Shown here piece by piece: positions 12,377 to 24,300 of a DNA stretch of 64,000 nt (positions within the stretch are counted from its first letter, which is position 1; every line of letters starts with the position of its first letter). The stretch is from positions 98,086,001 through 98,150,000 of the forward strand of contig CM052816.1 in NCBI GenBank assembly GCA_028534125.1, given 5' to 3'. A program made the translations under genes and the position numbers. The stretch is from Lama glama. Lineage: Eukaryota. The notes beneath the pieces were generated by a model that was not told where the DNA came from, made no database searches, and worked only from the letters and a program-made list of their open reading frames with translations.

Positions 12377-12535
12377 CCATTCATAAGACAAAAGCAAAAA
12401 GCCAAGAGGAAAGAGCCAAGAGTGGAGCCAGCCCTTCAGGTGGGGGCTCATGGGGCCTGGAATGAGGGGCCGGGGGAGGGGGAGGGATCTGAGTCACGTG
12501 CCCTCCCCTCACCCTGGAAGCGGCGTCGTGGCTGC

Positions 12536-12612
12536 CCATTAGTCACTTAGTGAACATCTGTTGAGCTCCTACTGTGTACCCCACACTGTGCTACGTGCGG
12601 GAGATATGGAAC
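12536..12612 (-). mobile_element. LINE-2 3' terminus
   Basis: AACATCTGTTGAGCTCCTACTGTGTACCCCACACTGTGCTA is the antisense L2 tail. Confidence 0.7.
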
Positions 12613-13348
12613 TTCTCTGTCGCCTCCTTGGCCCTCAGACCCCATCACAGCATCTGTTCAAAAATCTTTAAAAACAGAGCTTCCAAAGATACCCATGGGC
12701 ACAGGCATGTGACGGCAGCACTAAACTGTGCGCCAGGCTCTGCAGGGTGGGGACCCAGCAGACATGCCCGGGACCAGGATGCTTTAAGGAGCGCGTTTCC
12801 AGATACTTTCCTATTCTCCCAGCTCCATTCCGTCCTTTCTCTCTGTTGAACCCCGCGGGCAGCTTCTCATCTCCCTGCAGTTTACAGAGTCTCAATCCGA
12901 CCTAGAGAAGCAAGGACCACGCCCCCAAGGCCCACAGCTGTTCTGTCCAAAGGTGACAGGACCCGTGCGCACATGCACACACACGTGCGTGTCTGCTCCA
13001 GAAGCACTTGCAAGGTTTTGAATGAAAGCGTGAAGGATAAACATCTGTGTTCAGGATACGGAGGCTCTGACCAGGAGAAAGCGAAGAACCCCCCCACCTC
13101 CCGGAGGCAGCGGACCCTCCCCTGGGGGCAGCGGACCTCCAGAGAAGGTGCCTGTGTGTCTCCGTGGTTCAGTGGCCTGACGATCTCATGGGCTCCCTCT
13201 AGCTGGCATGTGCATCGCTGTTCTGTGATCCTGTGATAGTCACACCTGTTTGTTTGTAAATGTACCCACTGCAAGGTGACAGGTAGATGAAAGTACCTCT
13301 AGTTCTCAAAAATAGTTGGTGGAAGTTTACTTAATCAGCAAGTCAGCA

Positions 13349-14101
13349 TTTTTTTTTTTTAGATTTGGGCTTTAAAAATATTTTACTGCGGTAAGAACAC
13401 TTTACTTGAGATCTGCCCTTTTTTTTTAAACATTTTTTATTGATTTATAATCAATATACAATGTTGTGTCAAATTCCAGTGTTCAGCACAATTTTTCAGT
13501 CATTCATGGACATATACACACTCATTGTCACATTTTTTTCTCTGTGAGTTATAACATTTTGTGTCTATTTCCCTGTGCTATACAGTGTAATCTTGTTTAT
13601 CTATTCTATAATTTTGAAATCCCAGTCTATCCCTTCCCACCCTCCACCCTCTTAACAAAATCTTTCAAATGTACAACTCAGTATGTTCAACATTAGCACA
13701 GTGATCTCTGGAACTTACTCACCTTGTGTGACTGAACCGTTACGGCCTTTGATCAGCATCTCGCCTGGCAACACGGTTCCTCTCTGATTCTGTGGGCGTG
13801 ATGATTTTAGATCCTTAATACAAGTGGCGTCATGGAGAGTTCGTCTTTCTATGACTGGCTTATTTCACTTAGCATGATGTGATCCATGTTGTCACAAACG
13901 GCAGGATGTTTTTTTTTAACAGAGTGAATAATATGCCATTGTATGTTCACGCCATACACCCATTCACCCATCAACGGACATTTGGATGTTTCCGTATCTT
14001 GGCTATTGCGTGGTCCTTCAGTAGCACTTACGGGCATTTATCCAAAAGAATTGAAATCAAGATCTCAGAAAGACACTAGCACGCCCATGTCCATTGCAGC
14101 A
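13349..14101 (-). mobile_element. 5'-truncated, 5'-inverted LINE-1 (L1MA/MB-type 3' end) with 17-bp TSD
   Basis: Poly-T at 13349, antisense L1 3'UTR/ORF2 end to ~14012, sense-strand L1 piece ~14013-14101. TSD CAGCAAG(T/C)CAGCATTTT at 13336-13352 and 14097-14113. Confidence 0.9.
13419..13643 (-). mobile_element. Younger LINE-1 3'UTR fragment nested in the older L1
   Basis: A second poly-T (13419) is followed by TTTTATTGATTTATAATC...TTCCCTGTGCTATACAG. It splits the host motif GAGATCTGCCCT / CTTAACAAA. Confidence 0.8.
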
Positions 14102-14759
14102 AGCCAGCATTTTGAGCCTGGGCGGTGCTGGAACTTTGCAGCCCTCGTAGTGCGGCCCCCTTGTCCTCGCACAGCTTTCCTAATTCCAGCTCATTTAATT
14201 TGTGCTAAAAAGCTTTTTTTTTTTTAAAGAACGTGTAAAAAGGCTGAGCTGTGTGTAAGAACTCTGAGAAAGCAGAGAGGAACTGTTAATGAAACATCAG
14301 AGGGGGTGGAAGCCCCCGTGCCCGAGGAGGGCAGAGACCTCCGAGGGGAGAGGAGGGCGCACGTCAGCTCGTCACTTGGAGGCTCAGGGTCTGGACCGTC
14401 AGCCGTGTGTCGCAGTCAGGGAAGAGCCTGGCCTGGGAAACGCGTCTGCACTGCGAGCTCTGCCAAGCTCGGTCCTACCCAGAATTCCTCTCTCTTTCTT
14501 ATTTTTCGAAAGAAGAGACTCTCTTCCGTGGGCTTGGCTTCTCCTCCATCACCACCAACGAGCCTCAGGGACAGGCTTTTGGGAAAATCGCACTTGTCTT
14601 TTGGCACAAAACTCTGGGCTGCTCTCGACCACATTTGAGCCTTGTTTAATTAAGTGCGGTCCCTGAGCTGAGTGAGAGTTTTAATTATATTCAAACCAGC
14701 TTTTAAAGAATGAATAAATGAACGAATAAACAATACAACAAGTAAATAACTGTGAAAGC

Positions 14760-15205
14760 TTGGAGACGTATTTCCAGAATTCCTCAACACTCCTTCGCAG
14801 GGGGATCGAGTAGCGTGCCCGCCCCTCGAATGGGGGTCAGTAGAATGCAGAGCGGGGATGTCCGGTTTCTCGGCTCAGCCTTCAAGAAACTAGTAACTTG
14901 AAGTACTTTCTGCCTCTTGGGAAATTTAGTCAAGGACCCAGTGCCATTCTGTGAGGAAGCTAAAGCCGTCTGGCGGAGACGGCCACGCGGAGAGGACCCC
15001 AGAGGCAGCACCAACCTGCCAGCTCTGTGATGTGCCATCTTGGAAGCAGATCCAGCTGAGCTGGGTCGAGCGAGGCCACGTGGAGTGGAGCCCAGCTTCC
15101 CTGCTGAGCCCTGCCCAGCAAAGGAGTGAGGGAGATAAATAAGGGAGTTGTTCTGAGGCACGGTGCTTGGGGGTCATTTTTCTGCAGCAAGAGTGAACTA
15201 AATCC
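14760..15205 (+). mobile_element. MaLR LTR (MLT1F-H-like)
   Basis: GCCATTCTGTGAGGAAGC, CCAACCTGCCAGC...GCCATCTTGGAAGCAGATCC and CCCTGCTGAGCCCTGCCCA are characteristic motifs. Confidence 0.75.
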
Positions 15206-17073
15206 GACTTATAAGTGTTATGACATTGAATGATGTAAGCCACAGATATTTCCACATCTCCTGTCACTGGAGTGCAGCCTCCACGGCCTTGGTAGTCAGA
15301 TACAGGCCAAGATTAGAACCCCAGGCTCCTTATCTGTAAAGAAAACTGTGTCCTTACGCGCACGTCTGAAGATGAAGGTGGAGATGCAATGTGCCTAGGT
15401 GTTTGCTTCCTTTTGTCTTCCTGAACCCCTCTCCCCTACTTCCTGGAAATGACTGATTTTTGTTTGCTTTGCTTTGGTTTCAGAAGTGATCTGGATAAAT
15501 AAGAACGTGGAGAGAGTCACTGTCTGAGACGAGGAAAGGGAGACTTAGAGCTCAGGGAGGGGAGAGAGACGATCTTTCCTACAGTTCAGACTTTTTATAA
15601 AAACAATTTGCATGTATCACTGTTCAACAGAAGGAAACAAGAATAAAAATGTTTTGACAGAAGTGACCTAGAGATGGAATAAAATTCACTTTCCACAGCG
15701 AAATGAATATCTAAGAAGGGCGGGTCCTGAGTCACTTGCTTCCCCCATTTGTTTTTCAAAGAGCCCTAACAAGGAGGAGCGCTGGCCCTGGTGATGGGGA
15801 ATGCACACGCTGCTGGACGCCCAGTCTGCGCTTGGCCTTTAAAGGCTCGAGCTGTGAGCATCTTGTCCCTCTCAGGCTGTGACACGAGTCTCAGCTGCGG
15901 TGGGTGGAGCAGGCGCACCAGGACTCAGACGGCTGATAAAGAAAAATCTCGGAGCCAGGCTCCTCGTGAGCTGGGAGTGCTGCTGGTCTTTGGCAGAAGG
16001 AGATGAGTGAGGACGGGCTTTCCTGCCTGGCCGCTCCCAGCTCACCCTCTTCGTCTTCCTCTGTCAGTGTCCAGGCAATCGGCAGGAGGCCCGGGTCAGT
16101 GTCTTATAGCAGGATCACATCCTGGGAGACAGGAGTACCTCCCTGCCACTGTCACACCTGGATCCTTAAACATTTCCTAAACATTCCAGTTCGCCATCTC
16201 TCCAAAGAGGGGCGTTTTGAACACAAGCACCACGCGGATCCTTTCTCCTGTGGGAGGGACTCATGAGTGAGAGTCAGTGCCGGCTTCTCCCCACCCCACA
16301 GACAGGGCCCGTCTCACCTGGGAAAGGCTGTGTGATGTGAACACTGAGGTACGAGGTGTGGAGGGATCTGTCTGATCTGCAAACTTTGGTGTCTGTCTGG
16401 AATGCAACATCCCCCAAAGGCAGTGTCAGGAATTCCAGTGCTGGGGTGCAGGTGGCGGTTACCAGGTGGAGAGGTCCTGTGGACAGATTTGCCTGGGAGA
16501 CCCCAGAACTTAACAGGTCTCTTTGCTGTGGGATTTGTCAGAGACTTTAAGGTTCAGTGGGACTTTCCAAGAGGTGTATCATGTATCATATTCATGTTGT
16601 TCCAAACTTTCATGACCAATTGCTGGGAGGAGCTTGGAAGACTAGGGCCATGTGGGTATCAGTTGGGAAGTCTTGACATCTAGGATCTGAGATGTTATTA
16701 AGTTTTTTAAAAAGTCAAAAAGAAGCTCGTATTCACTTTTATCTTCGCATGGACCTTCTTCACTACTCTCCTCACTGCTCTCAGGGGATTCCTGCTCCCT
16801 CCTTTCTGTGTCACCCAAGCACGGTGCGTCTTCCCCTCTGGGGAGGGCCCTCGTCTGACTGAACCGCCCCTCCACCAGCCCCTTCATCAACGATTTTCTC
16901 CCTTGAGTCTCACTGCGACACAGCCTGGTCCTTCTGGCCGATCCCTCCCTAAGACTTGGAAGATGTCTGTCACCCTGGTGAGGTGGGGACGTTGGTACCT
17001 CTGCACCTACTCATGCCTTTTTTGGATCTACCGACGTGCGGCTCGCAGGTACACCTTTTCTCCTCCATGGACA

Positions 17074-17415
17074 CAGGGGTTCAGGAATTTATAAATCTCT
17101 TTCTGGTTTGTGGTTCTGTTTTTTTATTTTTATTTTTTGTGGTGGGGAGGTAATTAGGTTTGTTTATTGTTTATTTATTTATTTGTGGAGGTGCTGGGGA
17201 TTGAACCCAGGACCTCGTGCATGCTAAGCACACACTCTACCACTGAGCTATACCCTCCCCTTTTGTAGGTCTCTTTCTGTAAAGGGCCAGATTGTAAATG
17301 CTTTCGGCTTTGCTGGCCATCTGGTCTCTGTTGCAACTACTCAGCTCTGTGAGTGCAGCCTGAAAACAGCCACAGACAGTGGGGAAGGGAGTGGCTTAGG
17401 GTTTGCCAACCCTTG
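17074..17415 (+). mobile_element. hAT-Charlie MER58A-like DNA transposon, interrupted by a SINE
   Basis: CAGGGGT start, TTTCTGTAAAGGGCCAGATTGTAAAT...GTTGCAACTACTCAGCTCTG body, TTTGCCAACCCTTG end. Confidence 0.85.
17106..17260 (-). mobile_element. tRNA-derived SINE (camelid Vic-1-like)
   Basis: Reverse complement reads GGGGAGGGTATAGCTCAGTGGTAGAG (A box)...GGTCCTGGGTTCAATCCCCAGCACCTCC (B box), then an A-rich tail with CCTAATTACCTCCCC. A degenerate TSD ending TCTCTTTCTG lies at 17087-17105 and 17261-17279. Confidence 0.92.
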
Positions 17416-18678
17416 CTCTAGAGTGTATCATGGGTTTCCTGGGGGCCCTTGAGCAGTCACCAAATTATCATCCTTCCTTCCAGCCACAAAGCTGGATTAT
17501 GAGCTACAGAAGTTGATTTACATTTCATTTCACCCAAGGATTGAACTTGTGCCTGAACAGGAACCTTAATGCACGGGGCCTGGACTCCCTGCTGGCCTTT
17601 CAGGGCCATGAGCGGAAATGGACGGGGAGGAGACTTGGACACAATGTCATGACTAACACTTAGGACTGCCCATCAGTGATGGTCCATTCGGGAGTCAGCG
17701 CGTGAGAGGCGAGTACCCTGACTTTGGGGGTCACTAGGCACTGGCTCCAGGCTACTTGGTTCTGGAAGTCGTGGATAGGTTTTGATGGGCTCTGAGGCAT
17801 TTTAGGGTGTTCCCCATGCCTGACCTTTTGAAGTGGACTCAGAGCCTGGCTTCCCTTGTCCTCATTCCCATCCGCCCTTCTGTCTGGACCTGTCCCCAGG
17901 CTGCTGCTGCCGGGTGTGTAGGTGCTGCGGTTTGCCTGGCCCAGCGCTAGCTCGCCTTATCCGGTTCCCTCTGCCAGATCAAATAGGAACGATGCCTGTT
18001 GGGAAAATGAGCTGAAGCCGGGACTATGACGTTGAGCTATTGAATTGCTCTGATGGACTCCGGAGCCTGATACAGCCACACCTGGCAGCCACAGCCTCAG
18101 CGTTGTCTGGCTGCTCACCACCTTTGCAGTGACTGTTAACAGGATACTTCCTGCTCCAGGGTCTATGGCTGTAAACGCTGCCCCCCCTGCACCCCTAGCA
18201 AATGCACGTGAGACGGGCTGGAGGCGTGCTGGAGCCGTGCTAGGTGCGGAGCTCTTCTCCTCTCTCCCTGACCCTTCAGGCCATCTGTCTGCTCTGTGTT
18301 TGCCATTCTAGCACATCCAAGCATCCCAGGCTGCTGACATCAACAGACTGGGCCCAAAAGGCAACAGTTGTCCCTAGAAGGGTGTCAGGACTTGAAGGGT
18401 GTGCGTTTTTACCCTACTGGTGACCTCACACATTAGCTGCAGTTTCCTGGAGGCTGATAGAAGACACAATACTCCTGGCTCTGAGACGAAGGAGTTCACT
18501 GAGCGCGGCAGAGCAGGTACCATTGGTCCCAGTGGGCATGGGGCAGGTGGGCCTGGGTGGGTACCTGTCCACACAGGAGGAGTGTTACAGCTGTGGAAGC
18601 TTGAGCTCAGGGCACTTGAAGGTTTTAGTAATGGTAGTGAGCATGCCTGCCCTTTGCTCTGGAAGGAGAGACTTTGCA

Positions 18679-18885
18679 CAGAGCGTTGCTCAGCCTAGGC
18701 ACCAGGGATATGTTGGGCTGAAAATTCTTTGTTGTTGGGGGCTTTCCTCCGCATTGTAGGGTGTTTGGCAGCATCCGTGGCCTCTACTCACCAGATGCTG
18801 TTGGCATCCCCACCCCAATGATAAACAGCAAAGATGTCTCCAGACTTTGCCAAATGTCCACTGAGGGGCAATCCAACCATTTCTC
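18679..18885 (-). mobile_element. hAT-Charlie MER20 DNA transposon
   Basis: CATTGTAGGGTGTTTGGCAGCATCCGTGGCCTCTACTCACCAGATGC...TGTCTCCAGACTTTGCCAAATGTCC is antisense MER20. Confidence 0.9.
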
Positions 18886-20257
18886 TATAGTGGGCACAAA
18901 CATGTATTCACTACTTAAACACCCTCAAGAAGAAAGAGCAGCCTTAAAGCAAAGGGCAGGTGAGTGTTGCGTTGCCTGGGCTGGTCTGGAAGGCAGTGAT
19001 GCTCAGTGTCTGGTCAGGGTGTAGGAGAGATCTGTAAGATACCTCATGAGCTATACACCCAGCCTCAGACAAGACATTGTTTTTGATGAAAGGAAGGTCA
19101 TTCAGTAGACTTTTAACATTTGATTAAGGCCTACTTACCAGTACCCTATGAAGTTACTAAGGGCCAATAAAATCAGATTTTTAAACCAGAGATACACCAA
19201 ACTACAACACACCTAGAGTTGAAACTCAACCATCAGCTGAGTATTGCCATTGCAGAATAAATGTCTAGGACATAAGAATAAATCTAAATTTTATTTTAAA
19301 AAGTGATCACTATTTTCTGGTGGTCAGATTCTAAGTCTGATAGATTGCTTTTATGGTCATCCTACTGTGTACATTTGTGACGGAAAATATTTGCTTAATT
19401 TCTGCTGAAGAAGTTAGAGCATATGTGTGACCAGCATGAGGTGCTGAGGCCACGGCCACCGAGATGAAGGTGGTTTGGTGGTCCAGCCACTGAAGGTGAT
19501 ATTGCCAGCATTATATTTTGTGATAGTAAATGTAAATTTATACTTCAGCTGATTGACAAATGTTAACATATAAAAAAATTAGAGGATTTTCACTCCAACT
19601 TATATCTTTAATACATAATTTTGAAAGTCAATGTTTAGACGTGGACAATAAACCCAAGTGAACTGATTTGTCCAAAGTGCTGGCAATCTTATGCTGACTG
19701 GACATGAGGGCAGCCTATGAATCACGTGACTGTCGAGCAGTCACAATTAGGGGGCCAGCAATGACATGGATGCAGGCATTTGGCTGATTTCCATTCTAAA
19801 GGCCAAACATGAGTCAAATAGCAGATTTTGACTAAACATTGATTCTTCAACCTAGTTTTCTGAGGATTAATTCAGATTATCCTGAGAAATCTGGCTCATC
19901 TACAAAACTGGGCACCATGGCCAATTTCCTACTGCAGATAAAACATGAAAGGCAGATGCTACGTTCTTTCACAGCTCTTGACTTTCTCATTTTCACTGGC
20001 TGTTCTTCTTGACTTTAATGATAAACTACTATTAATTCAGCCTTACCATTACTAATATAAGTTTTTCCCTATAATTCTATCTGTTGACATGTAACTATTC
20101 ACTGTTGTCATTTGAATTAATTATATTTTTAATTTTATTTTCACTATGTACAAAATAGAAAAGAACTTTAATACACATTCAGGAAGCATTCTGTTAGTAA
20201 AACAAAAGCGATCTAAAAGACAAATGAGCAAAGAATCGTGGAGAGACAATTCACAAG

Positions 20258-20445
20258 TTTGGTTTTCATGATGTTTCATCAGGATTAGACTCAGGCCATG
20301 CATTTTTGGCAGGAATTCTGCAGAGCTGCCCCTGTACCCTCAGAGCATCACACCAGGGTGGCTTGGGAATTTGTTCCATCACTGACAATGTTAACATTGA
20401 TTATTTGGCTTAGCTGATATTCACCAGATTTCTGCACTATATAAT
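20258..20445 (-). mobile_element. Ancient L1 (L1MC-like) 3'UTR fragment
   Basis: GATGTTTCATCAGGATTAGACTCAGGCCATGCATTTTTGGCAGGAA...TGTTAACATTGATTATTTGG; similar to the element at 52570-52740. Confidence 0.7.
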
Positions 20446-20539
20446 GTTGTCATTTGAATTAATTACATTTTTTCCCTAAAATCGAGTATGGAAACTTAAG
20501 GCCACATGCACTGTGGTTTAAATATGATTCTCTACCATT

Positions 20540-20979
20540 CCCTTGACTGTGAGATGCCAAGACATTTGGTCAAACATTATCCTGAATGTGTCTGTGAGGT
20601 TGTTTTTGGATGTGATTAACATGTGAATAGGTAGACTGAGTAAAGCAGATTGCCCTCATTAATGTGAGTGATCCTCATCCAAGCTCTTGAAGGCTGAATA
20701 GCACGAAATGGTTCAGTAAGAGGGAAATTCACCTCCTGCCTTTTGGAGCTGGACATTGAATTTCTCCTGCCCTGGGACTGGAATCTACACCATCAGCTCT
20801 TCTTGTTCTCAGGTCTTCAGACTTGGACTGAAGCTACACCACTGGCTTTCCTGGGTCTCCAGCTTGTTGACTACAGGTTGTGGGATTTCACTGCCTCCAT
20901 AATCACACGAACCTATTTTTGTAACAAATCATCTCTCTCTCTCTCCCTATTGGATCAGTTTCTCTGGAGAACTAATAAA
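20540..20979 (+). mobile_element. ERVL MLT2 (MLT2D-like) LTR
   Basis: ATTTGGTCAAACATTAT...GTAGACTGAGTAAAGCAGATTGCCCTC...CCTATTGGATCAGTTTCTCTGGAGAACTAATA. Confidence 0.9.
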
Positions 20980-21049
20980 GGGGACTATCTCATAAAAAAC
21001 AGAAGCGAGGGAGTAAGCATGTGTTTCAGTGAAAAGAGAACCATCAGTT

Positions 21050-21350
21050 AAGTTCTTACTGTGCAGGTTACTACCGAGAAAAGCTGGACGAGACCTTAGG
21101 AATTGTGTTTCGGAGTTGTTTTGCTGGAGGACTGTGATGCTTGAACTTTATCCACGGATTCCCTTCTCCCAAGGGTTGTCCTGGGACACTGATTTCCCCA
21201 CTTTCAAGTCATGTCTGGGTGTGGCTCAGTGCCTTCTGGGACTTTGGGATGCTGAGAGACCAGCGCTCCTAGCCTGGGAGCTGTTGTCACGCGGTGTGGA
21301 GCTGTCCACCACTTGGTGCTGAAGTTTCGCGGGCTGGGAGGAAGTGGTGG
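21050..21350 (-). mobile_element. ERVL LTR33-like fragment
   Basis: TCGGAGTTGTTTTGCTGGAGG...TTTATCCACGGATTCCCTTC...GATTTCCCCACTT loosely resembles antisense LTR33. Confidence 0.4.
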
Positions 21351-24300
21351 GTTGTCCTCCCCGAGGATCTACTCCCACACAAGTGTAGTAAAACTGCTGG
21401 TTATTTTTAAGATTATGGGACATAGTTTTATATTACATGGAAAGCTCCATGGGAACACAGGTTTTTAAAATTTTGTGTATAGATGCATCTTTAATGCCTG
21501 ATACATAAAGAAAACACTATATTTTTGTTGAATGAATAAATATAAACTCAGGCATATGAGCTCACATTGCCTTCTTATAATGAGGATTTTCTGTATGTTG
21601 CTGAGACATTTTCTATATGTTTTCTATATGTTACTGCAACAGTTCTTTCCTCCCCAGTTCTTTGTCATCTGATTTATTTTCTCCTTGAAAAAGAAAGGTA
21701 GGAAAGGTGGGCTTCTGGTTCTTCTGCCCACCTGCAAGCAACTGCTCTGATCCAGTCCCAACAGCAGTTCCAATGCTGAGCTCTGGCATGACGGTTTTTG
21801 TCCAGAGTTGGTGATCTTGGGACTGAGGCAAAGAGATGAAGAACAAGAGGGGATCATCGCTGGAAAGGCTGACCAAGGGCAGTGGGGAGCTGCTTTCTTT
21901 ATATATTTGAGTGACAAGGGCTTGGATGCTACCTTTTACAACCCATTTTGTGATAAGCAGCATCTGTAAAGCTTAATCAGGACATGGATTGGAGTGGCTT
22001 TGCCTTGTTTTTAACCTTCACTACTCTTTCTCCCTTGGGTTGTAAATGGAAATCTTTCAGTGCACTGGCCAATGGGATACAAACACATCCTTTTCCAGGA
22101 GAGGATTCTGTGTAAGCTTAAAGGAGTTTATTAAATTAGTATGTGGGATATGATTTCATCCAAGTAATAAAAGCTGCAGCTGCTTGAAAAGAAATGGTGT
22201 TCAATCTTCAGTTCTCCCACACAGGTGCTCTGTGCTAGAGATGCCTGGCTCTGAGAGGGCCTTCCTCGGGAAGGGTAATCAGCAAGGAGACAAATGAGCG
22301 TTCCTGACTTCCATACTGTACATGTCGGCTCGTCACCAGCAGAGGTTGGAAGTCATGGATTTCATTACCGCAGTGCATTAAGGGCCAAGGGAAAAAAAAA
22401 TCCAATTTGCTACTGCCTCAGTGACTTTGTGTTTTAATCAAATGGATAGGAAAGAATCATTAACTGATGCTCAGACTGATTAAAATTCCAGGGAGAAGGA
22501 AAAGAAATGAGATTGTGACACAGCCTTGGAAGGTGTCTCGTTCCCTGGCAGCCCTGAGCCTACAAAGCCTTTCACTGTTGACTGTCACCAAGTTGTTTAC
22601 CTAGCGTCCTGCAGCAGATTTGGACAAAAGGGGGGGGAGGCCTGATCACCATCCTTGCACTCAGGAGTCCTTGCCATAAGGTGACTGTTCTTACGGGGAT
22701 GAGGCAGCAAGAGGCTCATGCAAATCTCCTCCTGTGTGCTGATTAAAAAGGTTTCCATTTCCCTGCACCTTAAATGTTGATTTAAAATCACAGAAACTTT
22801 TAAAGACGTGGCCACGGTAGTGATTATCTATGTATTTGCAGGGTTATTTGAAGCGTAGAAGGAAGCAGCGAATTCATTTGAAAGCACTCTTGAAAGCTAT
22901 GAAGTGCTACTCAAATTTATAGCACCTGCTGTTACTATTATTATTATTATTATTTCCATCCCTATCATTATTATGATTACTGCCAGTGCTACTATGAAGT
23001 TTAAGATTGCACAAACTTTTCCACATGGCTTACCTGTTTGACAGACAGGCAGAAAACAGAGGCGCAGCTGGTGAATGGAAAGCTTTTGCTTGGCAGAATT
23101 TCCCTTCCTGGTTTGCATGAAGTTGTCTCCGGGAGGGAGGAAGCTGATGAGCCGGAACGGGTACTCTGTCAGCGGCAGAATGTCCACAGCTCCAGGCTGA
23201 GAGAGTCTTGTGCCAAAGGGGGCCTCAGTCCTAGTCTTTCGGCAGCTGCACAGGTCCAAGTAATTCTGAGCTGGTGAGGACCTTCGGTAGTGCGAAAGTG
23301 GTTGATTCTTAAATCGTCTTGTTTCCTGTTATAAAGTAGTTCAAAATCATGGACAAGATTTTCCAACAGTAGTAACAGAACTGCAATCCCTTGCATCGCG
23401 CCTGCTACGGGCGAGCGCTGCTTTACAGGCTCCACGTACGTCAGGTCATGTGAGCCTCGCCGCGCCCTGGTAAAGGGGGGCTATGCCGGTGCCTGTGCAC
23501 CCACAGACCGGAGTGCGCCCAGGGTCCCATGGTGCCCTGCAGGGCCGCTCCTCAGAGACATGTCTGTGGGTAGTGGCTCCAACCTGGACGCTGTATGCTG
23601 CACATGTGTACGTGTGCTGGGGACCCCGTCTGTGCAGCTCACACCCAGTCACTTAGCGACAGCCTGGAGTAGCTTTTCCTGCCAGTGCACTCACCTCTTT
23701 CAAAGGTTACACATTATGCAGAGGTTCCAAAGCTTATTTAGGTATTGCCTGTTTTGTTGTTTTCAGTTTGTGTTTTCCCTCATGATAAACAACACTGAAG
23801 TGATCTGTTTCCTTGCAAACCATGAAAATGTCTCCCCAGATTCCTAGAGGTACAAGGCCCGGGTCCAAAGACACGTGATTTTAACAGTTTAGTAGACTCT
23901 GCTGAGTTGGCCTTATAACTGGCAAAACTGTACACTCCCACCTGCTTGCCTACTTCTCCATACTCTGGGTGACACTCGATGTGCCTTATTAAATGAAAAG
24001 AGCATCATTTTGTTTATCCCCATCTTTTTCCATGACCTCAGGTTTCTATACTCATCCCCAATAAAGTGTCTGAATCACTCAGATGGAGAACTCTTGGGTC
24101 TGCAGCCTCTGAAGAATGTGATGCTCCCTGTGTGTCATCATTTCAGATCTGTCTCTTACGGGGATACGGCAAGGCTGTGAATTTGGCTGTTTGATAAAAC
24201 CCTGTTCCTGCAGGAATAAGTTGGGGGGCTTTGTTCAACCTTGGGGTCTTTATTTCTTTGACTAGATCTTCAGAACAGCATCTCCAGAGGTCTGCACTTT

